DNA of 57,143 nt from Alphaproteobacteria bacterium MarineAlpha3_Bin6 (GCA_002938035.1 PTLH01000002.1:1-57143), one strand, 5' to 3'. Numbered from the stretch's first letter, positions 36,017-46,620 are shown. Made by a program: numbers and translations. The notes: generated from the letters alone by a model not told the origin.

Positions 36017-37116
36017 CAAAGCTCTTCGATTACCTGAAGTTGCGTATTGAATCCGAAGGTTCAATAACCTTAGCGGATTATATGGCTGAAAGCTTAGGGC
36101 ATTCAGAATTTGGCTACTACAATAGTACTGTCCCACTTGGTAAAAGCGGAGATTTTATTACGTCTCCAGAGGTCAGTCAGATGTTCGGCGAGCTTATTGG
36201 TCTTTGGTCTGCTGTTTGCTGGCAGCAGTTGGGCACTCCTAACAAATTTAACTTTATTGAATTAGGTCCGGGCCGAGGCACACTACTTATGGATGCAATT
36301 CGGGCGGCTAAGGTTGCCCCAGGTTACTTGGATTCGATAGAACTTCATTTGGTTGAAACTAGTCCAATTTTAGCTAAGCTCCAAAAGGAGAGTTTGTCGA
36401 CTTTGAAAAATAGTTGCCTGTGGTATAAAAAATTTGAACAGGTACCAGATGGCCCATTCTTTCTCATTGGTAACGAATTCATTGATACCCTGCCTATCCG
36501 GCAATATATCGGAGCCGGTGGTGAATGGTACGAGCAGCTCGTTGGACTTAACAAATTTAGCACTGCCCTCTGCCGAATTACCTCACCTACCCCAAGTGAT
36601 GGAGAGTTTATAGTTCCTCTTGGCCTTAGTGGTTGGAACGATGGAATAATCTGGGAGATTTGTCATGAAGCGCAGAAGATCATTTCTTCCATTTCATCCG
36701 CCCTTCTAGAAAGGGGTGGGGTCGCCATATTTATTGACTATGGTTACGTCAAACAAACCGGCGGCGATACATTTCAAGCCGTTAGGAACCACGAATATTC
36801 TGATCCACTGGAGGCTCCTGGATTAACCGATCTAACGGCACATGTGGACTTTGAGGCTATAAAACAGGTTGCGGAAAAAAAAGGCGTTAGGGTAAGTGGT
36901 CCCGTTACCCAAGGAGCATTCCTCCGCAGAATAGGTATTGAGAAACGTGCGGAAAAGTTAATGAATGTAGCAACACCGCGCCAAAAAAGGGATATTGAAA
37001 CTAGCGTAAAAAGGCTCATTGATGATAATGAAATGGGAAGACTATTCAAAGTAATGGCGTTAAGCTATCCCGAAACTTTTCAGCTTGAAGGGTTTTGTAA
37101 TGCAGAATGCGATTAA
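36013..37116 (+). CDS. class I SAM-dependent methyltransferase, MidA/NDUFAF7-like (DUF185)
   Basis: 367 aa. FITSPEVSQMFGELIG and ELGPGRGTLMMDA are typical of the family. GTG start overlaps the lgt stop. Confidence 0.75.
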   Translation: MTKLFDYLKLRIESEGSITLADYMAESLGHSEFGYYNSTVPLGKSGDFITSPEVSQMFGELIGLWSAVCWQQLGTPNKFNFIELGPGRGTLLMDAIRAAKVAPGYLDSIELHLVETSPILAKLQKESLSTLKNSCLWYKKFEQVPDGPFFLIGNEFIDTLPIRQYIGAGGEWYEQLVGLNKFSTALCRITSPTPSDGEFIVPLGLSGWNDGIIWEICHEAQKIISSISSALLERGGVAIFIDYGYVKQTGGDTFQAVRNHEYSDPLEAPGLTDLTAHVDFEAIKQVAEKKGVRVSGPVTQGAFLRRIGIEKRAEKLMNVATPRQKRDIETSVKRLIDDNEMGRLFKVMALSYPETFQLEGFCNAECD

Positions 37117-37906
37117 AAATGTGAAAGCACTTGGGTCGCCCTTGCTAGATGAAGCGCATGGCATTACCTACGCATTTTGTACCCGACATGGAGGTGTCAG
37201 TGGAGGATTGTACTGTTCTTTAAATTGCGGGTTCGGATCGTCTGATGATCCTGCTAATGTAAGATATAATAGGGCACTTGCTTTGGCTCAACTGGGGAGT
37301 TCACGTGCTAAATTAGTGACCTGCCGTCAGGCACATACCGCTAATGTGGAGTTTGTTACTAGACCGTGGACTAATGCCCATACACCTGTAGCTGATAGTA
37401 TGGTTACCAACTGCCCTAATTTGGCCTTGGCTGTTTTGACAGCCGACTGCGCACCAGTTCTTCTGGCTGATCCAGTTTCCAAGATCATTGGAGCAGTTCA
37501 TGCTGGTTGGCGCGGGGCAATCGCTGGTGTCATTGATAAAACGCTCATGTTGATGTCGGAAAAAGGGGCTGATATTTCGAGCATTATAGCAGCTATAGGA
37601 CCATGCATCAGACAAGCATCCTATGAGGTTGATACAGAATTTAAGAATAGATTCGTTAAAAATGATTCTATAAATGAACGATTTTTCTTCGGTGGCAAGG
37701 GAATTGGCAGGCATCATTTCGATTTGTCAGCTTACGTTCGATATCAGCTAGAGCGTGGAGGCGTTGAACATATCTCGCAGTTGGACGGCGATACCTTTGC
37801 TGATGATGATAAGTTTTTTAGCTATCGTCGCTCCGTATTGAATGGTGAAGACAATTATGGCCGAGGAATTTCAATGATCGCTCTTGGTCAACTTGATGAC
37901 CCGTGA
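37100..37906 (+). CDS. pgeF: peptidoglycan editing factor PgeF (YfiH/DUF152, laccase-domain protein)
   Basis: TADCAPVLL and HAGWRG motifs. The lgt-midA-pgeF synteny is typical of alphaproteobacteria. ATG 37100 preferred. Confidence 0.8.
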   Translation: MQNAIKNVKALGSPLLDEAHGITYAFCTRHGGVSGGLYCSLNCGFGSSDDPANVRYNRALALAQLGSSRAKLVTCRQAHTANVEFVTRPWTNAHTPVADSMVTNCPNLALAVLTADCAPVLLADPVSKIIGAVHAGWRGAIAGVIDKTLMLMSEKGADISSIIAAIGPCIRQASYEVDTEFKNRFVKNDSINERFFFGGKGIGRHHFDLSAYVRYQLERGGVEHISQLDGDTFADDDKFFSYRRSVLNGEDNYGRGISMIALGQLDDP

Positions 37907-37970
37907 TTGATTGCTATGCCCTATATGATCTTGCTCGTCCTATTTAGTTTAATGCTTCTCCTTTTTAGTT

Positions 37971-38891
37971 GTGTTTTTTGAAGTGCGAAAAGGCTTCGCC
38001 ATCCTGCTGGGTGCAATTGTTTTGACAGCTTGTACAGTTCTTCCTAAGCCTTTTGAACACACCAATCAGAAAGAGCGGAATAGTTTAGCAGCATTAATAG
38101 ATGGCGGTGCTATACGCGTTGAGGTTGACCAAAACCTTCCGGAATTCATCTCAAAGCCTTTGTCATTGGAAGCTGTAAAGGCATTGGTTGGCGCAAATAT
38201 TCCTGCCAGTGCAGACCCAAATTTTCTTGGTAAATATGTTTTAAAAGGTTTTGTAATTGTTGAGCGGCCAAACGATTTTGATCCTGAGAAAGCAACCTTT
38301 GTATGGAACCTGGTGACCAAGGGTGGTAGTGAAATTGTATTATTTAAGCAAACAATCCAGGGAGACGAAAACGGTTGGTTAAAATCTGATCCGGAATTAT
38401 TTGCAATTATTGCTAAAGATGCCGCCCACCAGATTGCTAAACATATTCAAAATAGTCGAAGTTTGACTAAACTTACAATGGATTCTGTGGAAATATCAGG
38501 GCAACGTGACAATATAAGAGGTCTATCGTCCAGATTCTATTTGTCTGATATTTCAGGAACGCCCGGTGATGGCAATCGAGCAATATTAAGATCACTAAAG
38601 TTTTTGTTGAATCGTGAATTAGGCCCCACGGTTTCTAATAAAGCAGAGGCAACATACTTGGTGAGGGGAACTGCTAATGTTAGTCCGCCTCTTAAAGGTA
38701 GAAGCGATGTAGCTATCACTTGGTTAGTGTTTTCTGCTGCTGGGAAGGAATTGGGCAAAGTTACACAAAACAACAACGTAGCTGCGGGATCACTGGATGC
38801 GCGTTGGGGCCTGGTGGCTTTTGCTGTCGCAAAAGGGGCGCTGCAGGGCATCAGGAAAATTGTTAGTGGCAATAATGACACGCAGAATTAA
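37971..38891 (+). CDS. hypothetical lipoprotein with internal two-domain duplication
   Basis: 306 aa. Signal peptide plus lipobox (AILLGAIVLTAC). Two halves share the pattern Y-[LV]-[LV]-[KR]-G ... W-[NL]-[LV]-[VF] ... G-x-E-[IL] ... A-x-x-A-K-x-A-x-x-x-I-x-K-I. GTG start. Confidence 0.55.
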   Translation: MFFEVRKGFAILLGAIVLTACTVLPKPFEHTNQKERNSLAALIDGGAIRVEVDQNLPEFISKPLSLEAVKALVGANIPASADPNFLGKYVLKGFVIVERPNDFDPEKATFVWNLVTKGGSEIVLFKQTIQGDENGWLKSDPELFAIIAKDAAHQIAKHIQNSRSLTKLTMDSVEISGQRDNIRGLSSRFYLSDISGTPGDGNRAILRSLKFLLNRELGPTVSNKAEATYLVRGTANVSPPLKGRSDVAITWLVFSAAGKELGKVTQNNNVAAGSLDARWGLVAFAVAKGALQGIRKIVSGNNDTQN

Positions 38892-39063
38892 CTTTATAAA
38901 TCAAATGAATTTAAACATACCGGTTTTTAAAAATATTAAATCTTGAACGTTTACAGAATCCCTCCCGATTGATAAATAAAACCAGCAAGTTGTTTAGGAT
39001 TATTGTCCTATACTTTTTAGTGAGCGGTTGGCAACCCGCATCGTTCAAGGAGGCATGAGTTGG

Positions 39064-39996
39064 ATGAAAGTCCTTACTTGTAACAGTAATCGTCCCATTG
39101 CGGAGGCAATTTCAGCTTACCTAAGTTTGCCTCTGACGAGCGCTAGTATTCGAAGGTTCTCAGATATGGAGGTTTTTGTTGAAATCAATGAGAATGTCCG
39201 AGGGGAAGACGTATTCGTGATCCAGTCGACTTCCTATCCTGCAAATGACAATCTTATGGAGCTACTTGTCACTATGGATGCCCTCCGCCGTGGCTCAGCA
39301 AGAAGAATTACGGCTGTAATACCCTATTTTGGGTACGCCCGGCAGGATCGTAAATCAAGTCCGCGTTCACCGATTTCTGCTAAGTTGGTAGCTAATCTAA
39401 TTACTCAAGCAGGTGCCGATAGAGTACTTACACTCGATCTTCATGCAGGACAAATTCAAGGTTTTTTTGACATTCCTGTTGATAATCTTTTTGCTTCCCC
39501 TGGCTTCAGCAAGGATATTAAGGAGCGTTATGATGGCGATAATATTATCATGGTGTCACCGGATGTTGGTGGTGTTGTCAGAGCTCGGGCCATCGCGAAG
39601 CGACTGGATACCAATTTGGCCATAATAGATAAGCGCCGTGAGCGAGCTGGTGAATCAGAAGTTATGAATGTTATTGGAGATGTAAAGAACTGCCGTTGTA
39701 TTCTAATCGATGATATTGTTGATTCGGCTGGTACATTGTGTAATGCCGCGGAGGCTCTGATTGAGTCTGGTGCTAAATCTGTTTCTGCTTACGTGACCCA
39801 TGGCGTCTTATCCGGTGGTGCAGTGGCCCGTGTAACCGCATCCCCTCTGGAGAACTTAGTTACTACCGATAGCATAATGGCAACAGAGGCTGTTAGAGTT
39901 GCGCGCAATATCAACCAGCTTACAATCGCACCGCTGATCGGAGAGGCAATGCTCCGCATCAGTCTAGAGAATTCGGTCTCAAGTTTGTTTGACTAA
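39064..39996 (+). CDS. prs: ribose-phosphate pyrophosphokinase
   Basis: [11 protein letters not shown] and [13 protein letters not shown], with the PRPP-binding loop [15 protein letters not shown] 39064 lies 10 nt after AAGGAGG. Confidence 0.95.
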   Translation: MKVLTCNSNRPIAEAISAYLSLPLTSASIRRFSDMEVFVEINENVRGEDVFVIQSTSYPANDNLMELLVTMDALRRGSARRITAVIPYFGYARQDRKSSPRSPISAKLVANLITQAGADRVLTLDLHAGQIQGFFDIPVDNLFASPGFSKDIKERYDGDNIIMVSPDVGGVVRARAIAKRLDTNLAIIDKRRERAGESEVMNVIGDVKNCRCILIDDIVDSAGTLCNAAEALIESGAKSVSAYVTHGVLSGGAVARVTASPLENLVTTDSIMATEAVRVARNINQLTIAPLIGEAMLRISLENSVSSLFD

Positions 39997-40080
39997 AGAA
40001 CTTTTTCCCTTTAAATCCTCGCTTTTTGTGGTGTCAGTATCCTCAGAGGCCAGTGTCTTTTCACCAACTGGAGATATAAA

Positions 40081-40785
40081 ATGGTTGAAGCTGTTACTGT
40101 TTCGGTAGAGGTGCGCGAGCGGACCGGCAAGGGGGCGGCTCGAGCTCAAAGGAGAGCTGGCCGAATTCCGGCGGTGATTTATGGTGACAAACAGGATCCA
40201 ATAACAATTTCCGTTGACGATCGGGAATTAACCAAGCTGTTCCATAGTCCAAGGTTTTTTACCCAAATATTTGAGTTGAATCTAGATGGCGAAAAACACC
40301 AAGTCCTCGCACGGGATCTTCAGGTGCACCCAGTTACCGACGGCCCACTCCATGTCGATTTTATGCGGTTTAACCAGGAGACCCGAATTGTCCTATTGAT
40401 TCCGGCGACATTTATCAATGATGAACTAAGCCCCGGCCTCAAACGCGGTGGGGTGTTAAATATCGTTCGCCGGGAAGTAGAACTATTGTGTTCGCCATTG
40501 AATATTCCTGGCGAGTTGGTATTCGACTTAGAAGGGTTAGATATTGGTGATGCTATTCACATTGGGGCAACGGAGTTGCCGGAGGATGTTGCCACGACTA
40601 CGGATCGTGATTTTACAGTTGCGACCATCTCTGCCCCAACTCTGATGCCATCGGACGAAGAAGAAGCTGAGCCTGAAGAAGGTGAAGAAGGTATGGATGG
40701 TGAAGAAGGGGTTGATGGCGAGGTGGTTTCCGAAGATACAGCGATACCTGACCCCAGTGATGATGGGGCTAATTCGAACGATTAA
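40081..40785 (+). CDS. rplY: 50S ribosomal protein L25 / general stress protein Ctc
   Basis: 234 aa. N-terminus RERTGKGAARAQRRAGRIPAVIYG, Ctc-type C-domain, and an acidic low-complexity tail. Confidence 0.9.
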   Translation: MVEAVTVSVEVRERTGKGAARAQRRAGRIPAVIYGDKQDPITISVDDRELTKLFHSPRFFTQIFELNLDGEKHQVLARDLQVHPVTDGPLHVDFMRFNQETRIVLLIPATFINDELSPGLKRGGVLNIVRREVELLCSPLNIPGELVFDLEGLDIGDAIHIGATELPEDVATTTDRDFTVATISAPTLMPSDEEEAEPEEGEEGMDGEEGVDGEVVSEDTAIPDPSDDGANSND

Positions 40786-40845
40786 AATAAAGATCTCTTT
40801 CGCCCTTAAAGCCGTTGTAAGGGAACGTTTTTGCGGGGTTCAAAA

Positions 40846-41478
40846 ATGAACCTTTTGGTTGGCCTTGGTAACCCGGGATTGGTGTATTCGGAAAACCGCC
40901 ATAATTTAGGCTTCATGGTGGTGGATGAAATACATCGGCGTTACGATTTTGCGCCCTATCGCTTGAAATTTGATGGCGAGTTATCAGAAGGCGAATTAGG
41001 AACTGCGAAAGTGCTCCTATTAAAGCCGACCACATTCATGAATGAATCCGGAAAATGTGTTGGGGCTGCGGCCAGGTTTTACAAGATCGCACCGGATAAA
41101 CTCATTGTACTGCATGATGAGATTGACCTGGCACCAGGAAAAGTTCGGGTTAAGATCGGTGGAGGCATGGCCGGTCACAATGGTCTTAAAAGCATAGGTC
41201 AGCATTTTGGCCAGGAATTTTGGCGTGTCCGAATTGGTATTGGACATCCAGGTGAAAAAGATCTGGTGACGGGTCATGTGCTTCGAGATTTTGCACCGAC
41301 GGATCGGAACTGGGTATCAAAGATCATTGATGTAATAGCAGACGCGATTCCTTTATTGATTTTGGGCAGGGATACCGAGTTTATGGCAAAAGTAGGACTA
41401 GCCTCTGGTTTATTACAAAAGGTAGATACAAAAGAGAAAGACTGGGCCAGCAATCGTCAAAAAGAGAGCCCAAAATAA
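40846..41478 (+). CDS. pth: peptidyl-tRNA hydrolase
   Basis: LLVGLGNPG, HNLGF, MNESG, GHNGLKSI. Confidence 0.9.
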   Translation: MNLLVGLGNPGLVYSENRHNLGFMVVDEIHRRYDFAPYRLKFDGELSEGELGTAKVLLLKPTTFMNESGKCVGAAARFYKIAPDKLIVLHDEIDLAPGKVRVKIGGGMAGHNGLKSIGQHFGQEFWRVRIGIGHPGEKDLVTGHVLRDFAPTDRNWVSKIIDVIADAIPLLILGRDTEFMAKVGLASGLLQKVDTKEKDWASNRQKESPK

Positions 41479-42579
41479 ATGGGGTTTAATTGTGGAATTA
41501 TTGGATTGCCTAATGTCGGTAAATCGACACTCTTTAATGCCCTTACCTCGACGGCGCAGGCCGAAACAGCTAACTACCCATTTTGCACAATCGAATCCAA
41601 TACTGGACGGGTGAGGGTGCCTGATTGTAGATTGGGTATTCTTGCCGAAATTGCCAATTCTACTAAAATCAGTCCTACGTACCTTGAGTTTGTAGATATT
41701 GCCGGCTTGGTAAAGGGTGCGAGTAAAGGGGAAGGCCTGGGTAATCAATTCCTGGCAAATATTCGGGAAGTGGATGCTATTATCCATGTGCTGCGTTGTT
41801 TTACCGATGACAACATTACCCACGTGGGTAATACCTTGGATCCAGTTAGGGACGCAGAGATCGTCGAAACAGAACTTATGTTAGCGGACCTTTCAGGACT
41901 AGAAAGACGTGCCGAACTACTCATGAAGAAGCTTAAGGCTGGCGAAAAGGATGTAGGTGAGGATTTAAATTTGGTGGAGCGACTTCTCCAATCCCTTCGC
42001 GCAGGAAGTCCCGCTCGCGATGTAGTTCTAAAAGATGGAGAAGAGCAGCAATTGCATATGATGAATTTATTGACCTCAAAACCTGTACTTTACCTCTGCA
42101 ATGTTGAGGAAGAATTTGCATCTACGGGGAATGAAATGTCTAAAAGAGTTGCTGTTTATGCTGAAAATCAGGGAGCTAAAATCTTGTGTATCTCGGCTCA
42201 AATTGAGGCAGAGGTCTCCCAATTAGAAAATGAAGTTGAAAAAGCAGAATTTCTTGAAACGATTGGGCTTAAGGAGACAGGTTTAGCTCGTCTAATACGA
42301 GCGGGCTATTCATTGCTTAATTTGATTACCTACTTCACTGTTGGTCCAAACGAAGCACGTGCCTGGACCTTGGCTCACGGAACCAAAGCATTAAGAGCAG
42401 CTGGTCGCATACATACGGATTTTGAGCGGGGTTTTATTTGCGCTGAAACTATTTCTTTTGCGGATTACAAGAATTTGGGTGGTGAACAGGCTGCTAAGGT
42501 CGCTGGTAAAATGCGCCAAGAAGGCAGTGAGTACCCTGTCCAAGAAGGTGACGTTATTTTGTATCGTTTTAATGTCTGA
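41479..42579 (+). CDS. ychF: redox-regulated ATPase YchF
   Basis: 366 aa. GLPNVGKSTLFNALT, DIAGLVKGAS, and a C-terminal TGS-like domain ending DVILYRFNV. Confidence 0.95.
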   Translation: MGFNCGIIGLPNVGKSTLFNALTSTAQAETANYPFCTIESNTGRVRVPDCRLGILAEIANSTKISPTYLEFVDIAGLVKGASKGEGLGNQFLANIREVDAIIHVLRCFTDDNITHVGNTLDPVRDAEIVETELMLADLSGLERRAELLMKKLKAGEKDVGEDLNLVERLLQSLRAGSPARDVVLKDGEEQQLHMMNLLTSKPVLYLCNVEEEFASTGNEMSKRVAVYAENQGAKILCISAQIEAEVSQLENEVEKAEFLETIGLKETGLARLIRAGYSLLNLITYFTVGPNEARAWTLAHGTKALRAAGRIHTDFERGFICAETISFADYKNLGGEQAAKVAGKMRQEGSEYPVQEGDVILYRFNV

Positions 42580-42753
42580 TTTAAATTCGTGTTTTATGTT
42601 GCTAGTTTTTGAATCGTAAATTTAAAGAATGAATGGATTGAGTATAGTTTTAAAGCAAGAGGGTATAGACAATTAAGCACATATCTTGATCTAACAAATG
42701 AAACACTCTGATATTTCTGTAGAGTGGTAGGCATAATTTTAAGGGCCAACACA

Positions 42754-43572
42754 ATGGTTTTTCTGGATTTGGGTCTGAACGAAGATCATCTCGTTCTAGT
42801 GGAGAGAGATGAGTGTGTCGTGACAGTGGTCTTGAACAGGCCGGAAAAACTTAACGCATTAAATCGAGCTATGTGGGTGCGAGTTGGTGAAGTTTTTAGG
42901 AAATTAGATCGTGAAGAAGACCTGCGGTGCATCATTTTGCGAGGCGCTGGAGATAAAGCATTTGGTCCTGGTGCAGATATTTCTGAGTTTAAAACTTACA
43001 GAAAGAATAGTAACCAGGCCCGCCAGTACGGTGTTCTTATGCATGAAGCTATGCGGGCTATCCAGAGTTGTCGCCACCCAATAGTGGCTCGTATAAAAGG
43101 TTTATGCGTGGGAGGGGCTTTAGAATTAGCTTTAGTTTGTGATCTTAGAATTGCCGGGATGTCATCCCAATTTGGTATACCAATTAATAAGTTGGGTCTT
43201 GTGATGGCTTACCCTGAGGTGAAGGCGTTGGTAAATTTGGTGGGGTCAAGCATAGCATTGGAGATTCTCTTTGAAGGCCGAGTGTTTGGGGCGTCAGAAG
43301 CTAGGGAAAAAGGTTTAATCAATAAAGTTATTTCAGATGAAGAAGTGGATTCTGCCGTTGAGGAGGTTGTACAAAATATCTCTAATGGTGCTCCACTTGT
43401 TAATAGATGGCATAAAAAGTTTGTCTGCCGAGTAGTTGATGGGGTAGGGGAGAATAAACCATTGACTGAGGACGAGGAGGCTGAAGGCTACCAGTGCTTC
43501 GACACAGAGGATTATAATGAAGGTGTGAAAGCTTTTCTCAATAAGAAACCCCCAGACTTTAAAGGGAGATAG
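42754..43572 (+). CDS. enoyl-CoA hydratase/isomerase (crotonase) family protein
   Basis: VLNRPEKLNAL, GAGDKAFGPGADI, CVGGALELALVCDLRIA. Confidence 0.85.
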   Translation: MVFLDLGLNEDHLVLVERDECVVTVVLNRPEKLNALNRAMWVRVGEVFRKLDREEDLRCIILRGAGDKAFGPGADISEFKTYRKNSNQARQYGVLMHEAMRAIQSCRHPIVARIKGLCVGGALELALVCDLRIAGMSSQFGIPINKLGLVMAYPEVKALVNLVGSSIALEILFEGRVFGASEAREKGLINKVISDEEVDSAVEEVVQNISNGAPLVNRWHKKFVCRVVDGVGENKPLTEDEEAEGYQCFDTEDYNEGVKAFLNKKPPDFKGR

Positions 43573-43744
43573 TGTTACTCCGTCTTCTTGGCGTCATAGG
43601 GTTTAACTTGCTGATGGCTGCTCCCGCCTAAGGTCTCATGCTCTACAAAGTAGCTATAAGTTAGGAATTCATAAAATGTAACGGCATGCGTTGAATAGTA
43701 AGGTTGAAGTATGCGTGGGAAAGTTTTGGGGGACAATTCGTGTA

Positions 43745-44374
43745 TTACGAATTGTTATTTGATTCTAGTAGATGAAATATGGATCTGGTTTTTTCGGTGA
43801 AATCGCGGATTTTAATCGACCAGCCGCTGCTTCTTAAGATTTCTTCCCAAGCCTCCACGGTATAATTCTTATAGCCAATTTCCCACTGGTGTCCTCCTTT
43901 TAGCTCGCGGTTAAACTCTTTAAAGTTACAGAATTTTTTCATGGAAAAATAATTCTTGAATTCAAAGCGGTTGAAATAGAAATCAAATGTGCATTGAAAA
44001 CCCATGTAGGGAACGGAAATAATTAGATGTTGTGCTCCACTCTGATGGAATTTTCGTAAAATGTTGGGGACTTTGTCCCAATCGATATGCTCCAATGTTT
44101 CACAGCATATGATAGCGTCGTTGGATTTTATTTGAGATGGATCTAGGGTTAGCAAATCCTGTTGTATATGTGGTGTTTCGGGATATTTGAAGTCTTTCGG
44201 TAGTATGTCGAGGGTCGTGACGATGTAATCTGCATTAACAAGCATCGCTGTTACACCACCTAACGCTGGACCGATTTCAAGAACACTCTTGGCATCTGTT
44301 TCTCCGAGCAGGCTAAGCTGCAACCATTGCTGTGTAATTCTCTTTTTAGAATAATAATTAAGCCATTTTGTCAT
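43745..44374 (-). CDS. class I SAM-dependent methyltransferase (orphan, AT-rich)
   Basis: 209 aa. Motif I VLEIGPALGG and post-I/II elements (DAIICCETLEHI). Visibly lower GC than its neighbours, and flanked by 172-nt and 435-nt non-coding gaps. Confidence 0.65.
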   Translation of the reverse strand: MTKWLNYYSKKRITQQWLQLSLLGETDAKSVLEIGPALGGVTAMLVNADYIVTTLDILPKDFKYPETPHIQQDLLTLDPSQIKSNDAIICCETLEHIDWDKVPNILRKFHQSGAQHLIISVPYMGFQCTFDFYFNRFEFKNYFSMKKFCNFKEFNRELKGGHQWEIGYKNYTVEAWEEILRSSGWSIKIRDFTEKTRSIFHLLESNNNS

Positions 44375-44809
44375 TAATTTTCCTGGGTAAATAAAACCAA
44401 ATTAAAAATAGATCACTTCGCATGCTTTCCATAACTTCAATAAAAATTAAACCTGGCGCATGGTTAATCAAATGCGGTATCACATAGATTGAAATGATTG
44501 GTCCCGATCACAACTCTAACCTTTTTTCCAAGCATAAATACAAAATGATCTGACGAGATCGATTGCACCTGTTTAACCTCGTTCAAATTTTTTCCAATAT
44601 CACTGCACAAATTACCGTTGGTGGGTGAGCAGATAAATCCGAGGCGACAAACTATTTACCGTTCCATTGTTTTTCTGACCTCGAAAGCCAATTCAGCGGC
44701 GTTTAGAGACGTTTAGAACAAGTTAGCGCTTTCAATTAGTTTTAGTCATAGCAACCCTATTAAAGTGCTCACTACAGAATATAAATAGTATTCAAACTTA
44801 TGTATGGAT

Positions 44810-45379
44810 TTATTTTCCTGCTGTAAAAGTAAGACCGGTTTTTTCAAATTCCTTAACGAGACCAGGCTGAATAGCTTCGATGCGTTCACCGCAAATCGTT
44901 GCAAAATCGATATCATTCAGATCGTGGACGCCGCCAGAAATAATCACCTGTAAAATCCCATCGTCGTTTGATATATTAGTGAAACCCCTACAAACTCTGG
45001 GAGGCACGGATATCGTGTCATAAAGATCAAGTTCCACGCGATTTTCACCATTGTCGTTCCAGTAAACTTCGAACCGACCCTTCATTACTGTAAATGTCTC
45101 GTAGGTTTGTTGGTGCGCGTGTAGTGAGGGTCCGGTACCAGGCGGGCATTGGGCTAGGGTCACCGTGATGCCGGCAGCCCCTTTAATAGGTGCTGCAGAG
45201 TTGATGGGTGTGGGCAGGCCTTCTTCCAAGCCAATAACACTTAAAAGCTGACGTGACCAAACAATGTCGGCAGCTTCAAGAGGCACATTCATGTTTTTCT
45301 GCGCTTCCATAGGTTCAAGATTATCGTAACGAGCTACACGCTTTTCCATTTCTGCTCGGGAAATTTCAATGGTACGCAT
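44810..45379 (-). CDS. cupin domain-containing protein
   Basis: 189 aa. Cupin metal motif GPSLHAHQQTYETFTVMKG plus a second motif region VPPRVCRGF. Confidence 0.7.
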   Translation of the reverse strand: MRTIEISRAEMEKRVARYDNLEPMEAQKNMNVPLEAADIVWSRQLLSVIGLEEGLPTPINSAAPIKGAAGITVTLAQCPPGTGPSLHAHQQTYETFTVMKGRFEVYWNDNGENRVELDLYDTISVPPRVCRGFTNISNDDGILQVIISGGVHDLNDIDFATICGERIEAIQPGLVKEFEKTGLTFTAGK

Positions 45380-45485
45380 ATCAAAAGCCTCCTGTATTGA
45401 ATGATCTACAATTAATTATCCAACCTTTTATTTCAGCGTATACGTAAACAGCAAATAGTTTGTGAACTTAGAGCTAATTTATGAT

Positions 45486-45526
45486 TTATTTAGGTGCTAA
45501 AATAGTTATATCACTTATTTTAGGTG
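45486..45526. promoter_or_regulatory. candidate operator in the cupin/decarboxylase divergent promoter
   Basis: Direct repeat TTATTTAGGTG / TTATTTTAGGTG, with palindromic arms CTAAAATA (45497..45504) and TATTTTAG (45516..45523). Confidence 0.3.
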
Positions 45527-45639
45527 ATTGCAGAAGCAGTATCGGCAAGTGTGGATGAATAGTCTAACGTCGATGGGGCATATGCGTAAATAAATGTTGT
45601 TTTGAAGTGTATCGCATTTAGATGAGGAAGGAGAGAGTG

Positions 45640-46620
45640 ATGAAGGGTAAAATCGGACTAGAAGAACATTTCGCCACTGAAGCGACGATTATGGATTCCC
45701 ATGGATATTTAGCAGAAAAAATATGGCCGGAATTAAAATCGCGCCTTTTAGACATCCAAGAAAAACGATTAGCTTTTATGGATAAATTTGGGGTTGAAAT
45801 GATGATTTTATCGCTTAATGCTCCAGCGATCCAGGCAATACCGAATACTAAACTAGCCATTGAAACAGCCCAGAAGTCGAACGATTTTCTAGCTGATGAA
45901 ATTCACAAGAGACCAGATAGATTTGCTGGCCTGGCTGCGCTTCCCATGCAAGATACAGATGCGGCTATTAGGGAACTGGAACGTTGCGCGAGGGAACTAG
46001 GCTTTGTGGGTATTTTGGTGAATGGTTTCTCACAAATTGGTGAACCGGATACAGCCGTTTATCTTGATGAAAAGATGTACCGCCCTTTCTGGGAGACTGT
46101 AGAAAAACTGAATATGCCATTTTATCTGCATCCACGAAATCCCTTACAAAAGCATGCGCAAATTTATGAGGGACACCCTTGGCTATTAGGTCCGACATGG
46201 GCATTTGGTCAAGAAACGGCCGTCCACGCTTTGCGGTTAATGTGTAGTGGTTTATTTGACGTATATCCAAAACTCAAAATTATTCTTGGCCATATGGGAG
46301 AAGGTTTACCATTTAGCATGTGGCGGGTAGATAACCGCAATGCATGGGTCAATGAACCACCGGACTACCCGGCAAAAAATTTAATATCGGACTACTTTCT
46401 CAAGAATTTTTACATTACCACTTCTGGCAATTTTCGCACACAAGCCTTGATTAATACTATGTTAGAGATCGGATCTGACCGAATTCTTTTTTCTGCGGAT
46501 TATCCATTTGAGGATGTAGGACATGCATCTCAGTGGTTTGATAAAGCTGAAATTTCGGAAAATGATCGTCAAAAAATTGGGCGCACTAATGCGCTAAATT
46601 TATTTCAAATTGGACGTTAA
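45640..46620 (+). CDS. amidohydrolase-2 family non-oxidative decarboxylase (gamma-resorcylate / 2,3-dihydroxybenzoate decarboxylase-like)
   Basis: MKGKIGLEEHF, MILSLNAPAIQAI, FYLHPRNP, GHPWLLGPTWAFGQETAVHALRL, ILGHMGEGLP, TTSGNFRT, FSADYPFE. Near end-to-end colinearity with gamma-resorcylate decarboxylase as I recall it. AGGAAGGAGAG precedes ATG 45640. Confidence 0.85.
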   Translation: MKGKIGLEEHFATEATIMDSHGYLAEKIWPELKSRLLDIQEKRLAFMDKFGVEMMILSLNAPAIQAIPNTKLAIETAQKSNDFLADEIHKRPDRFAGLAALPMQDTDAAIRELERCARELGFVGILVNGFSQIGEPDTAVYLDEKMYRPFWETVEKLNMPFYLHPRNPLQKHAQIYEGHPWLLGPTWAFGQETAVHALRLMCSGLFDVYPKLKIILGHMGEGLPFSMWRVDNRNAWVNEPPDYPAKNLISDYFLKNFYITTSGNFRTQALINTMLEIGSDRILFSADYPFEDVGHASQWFDKAEISENDRQKIGRTNALNLFQIGR

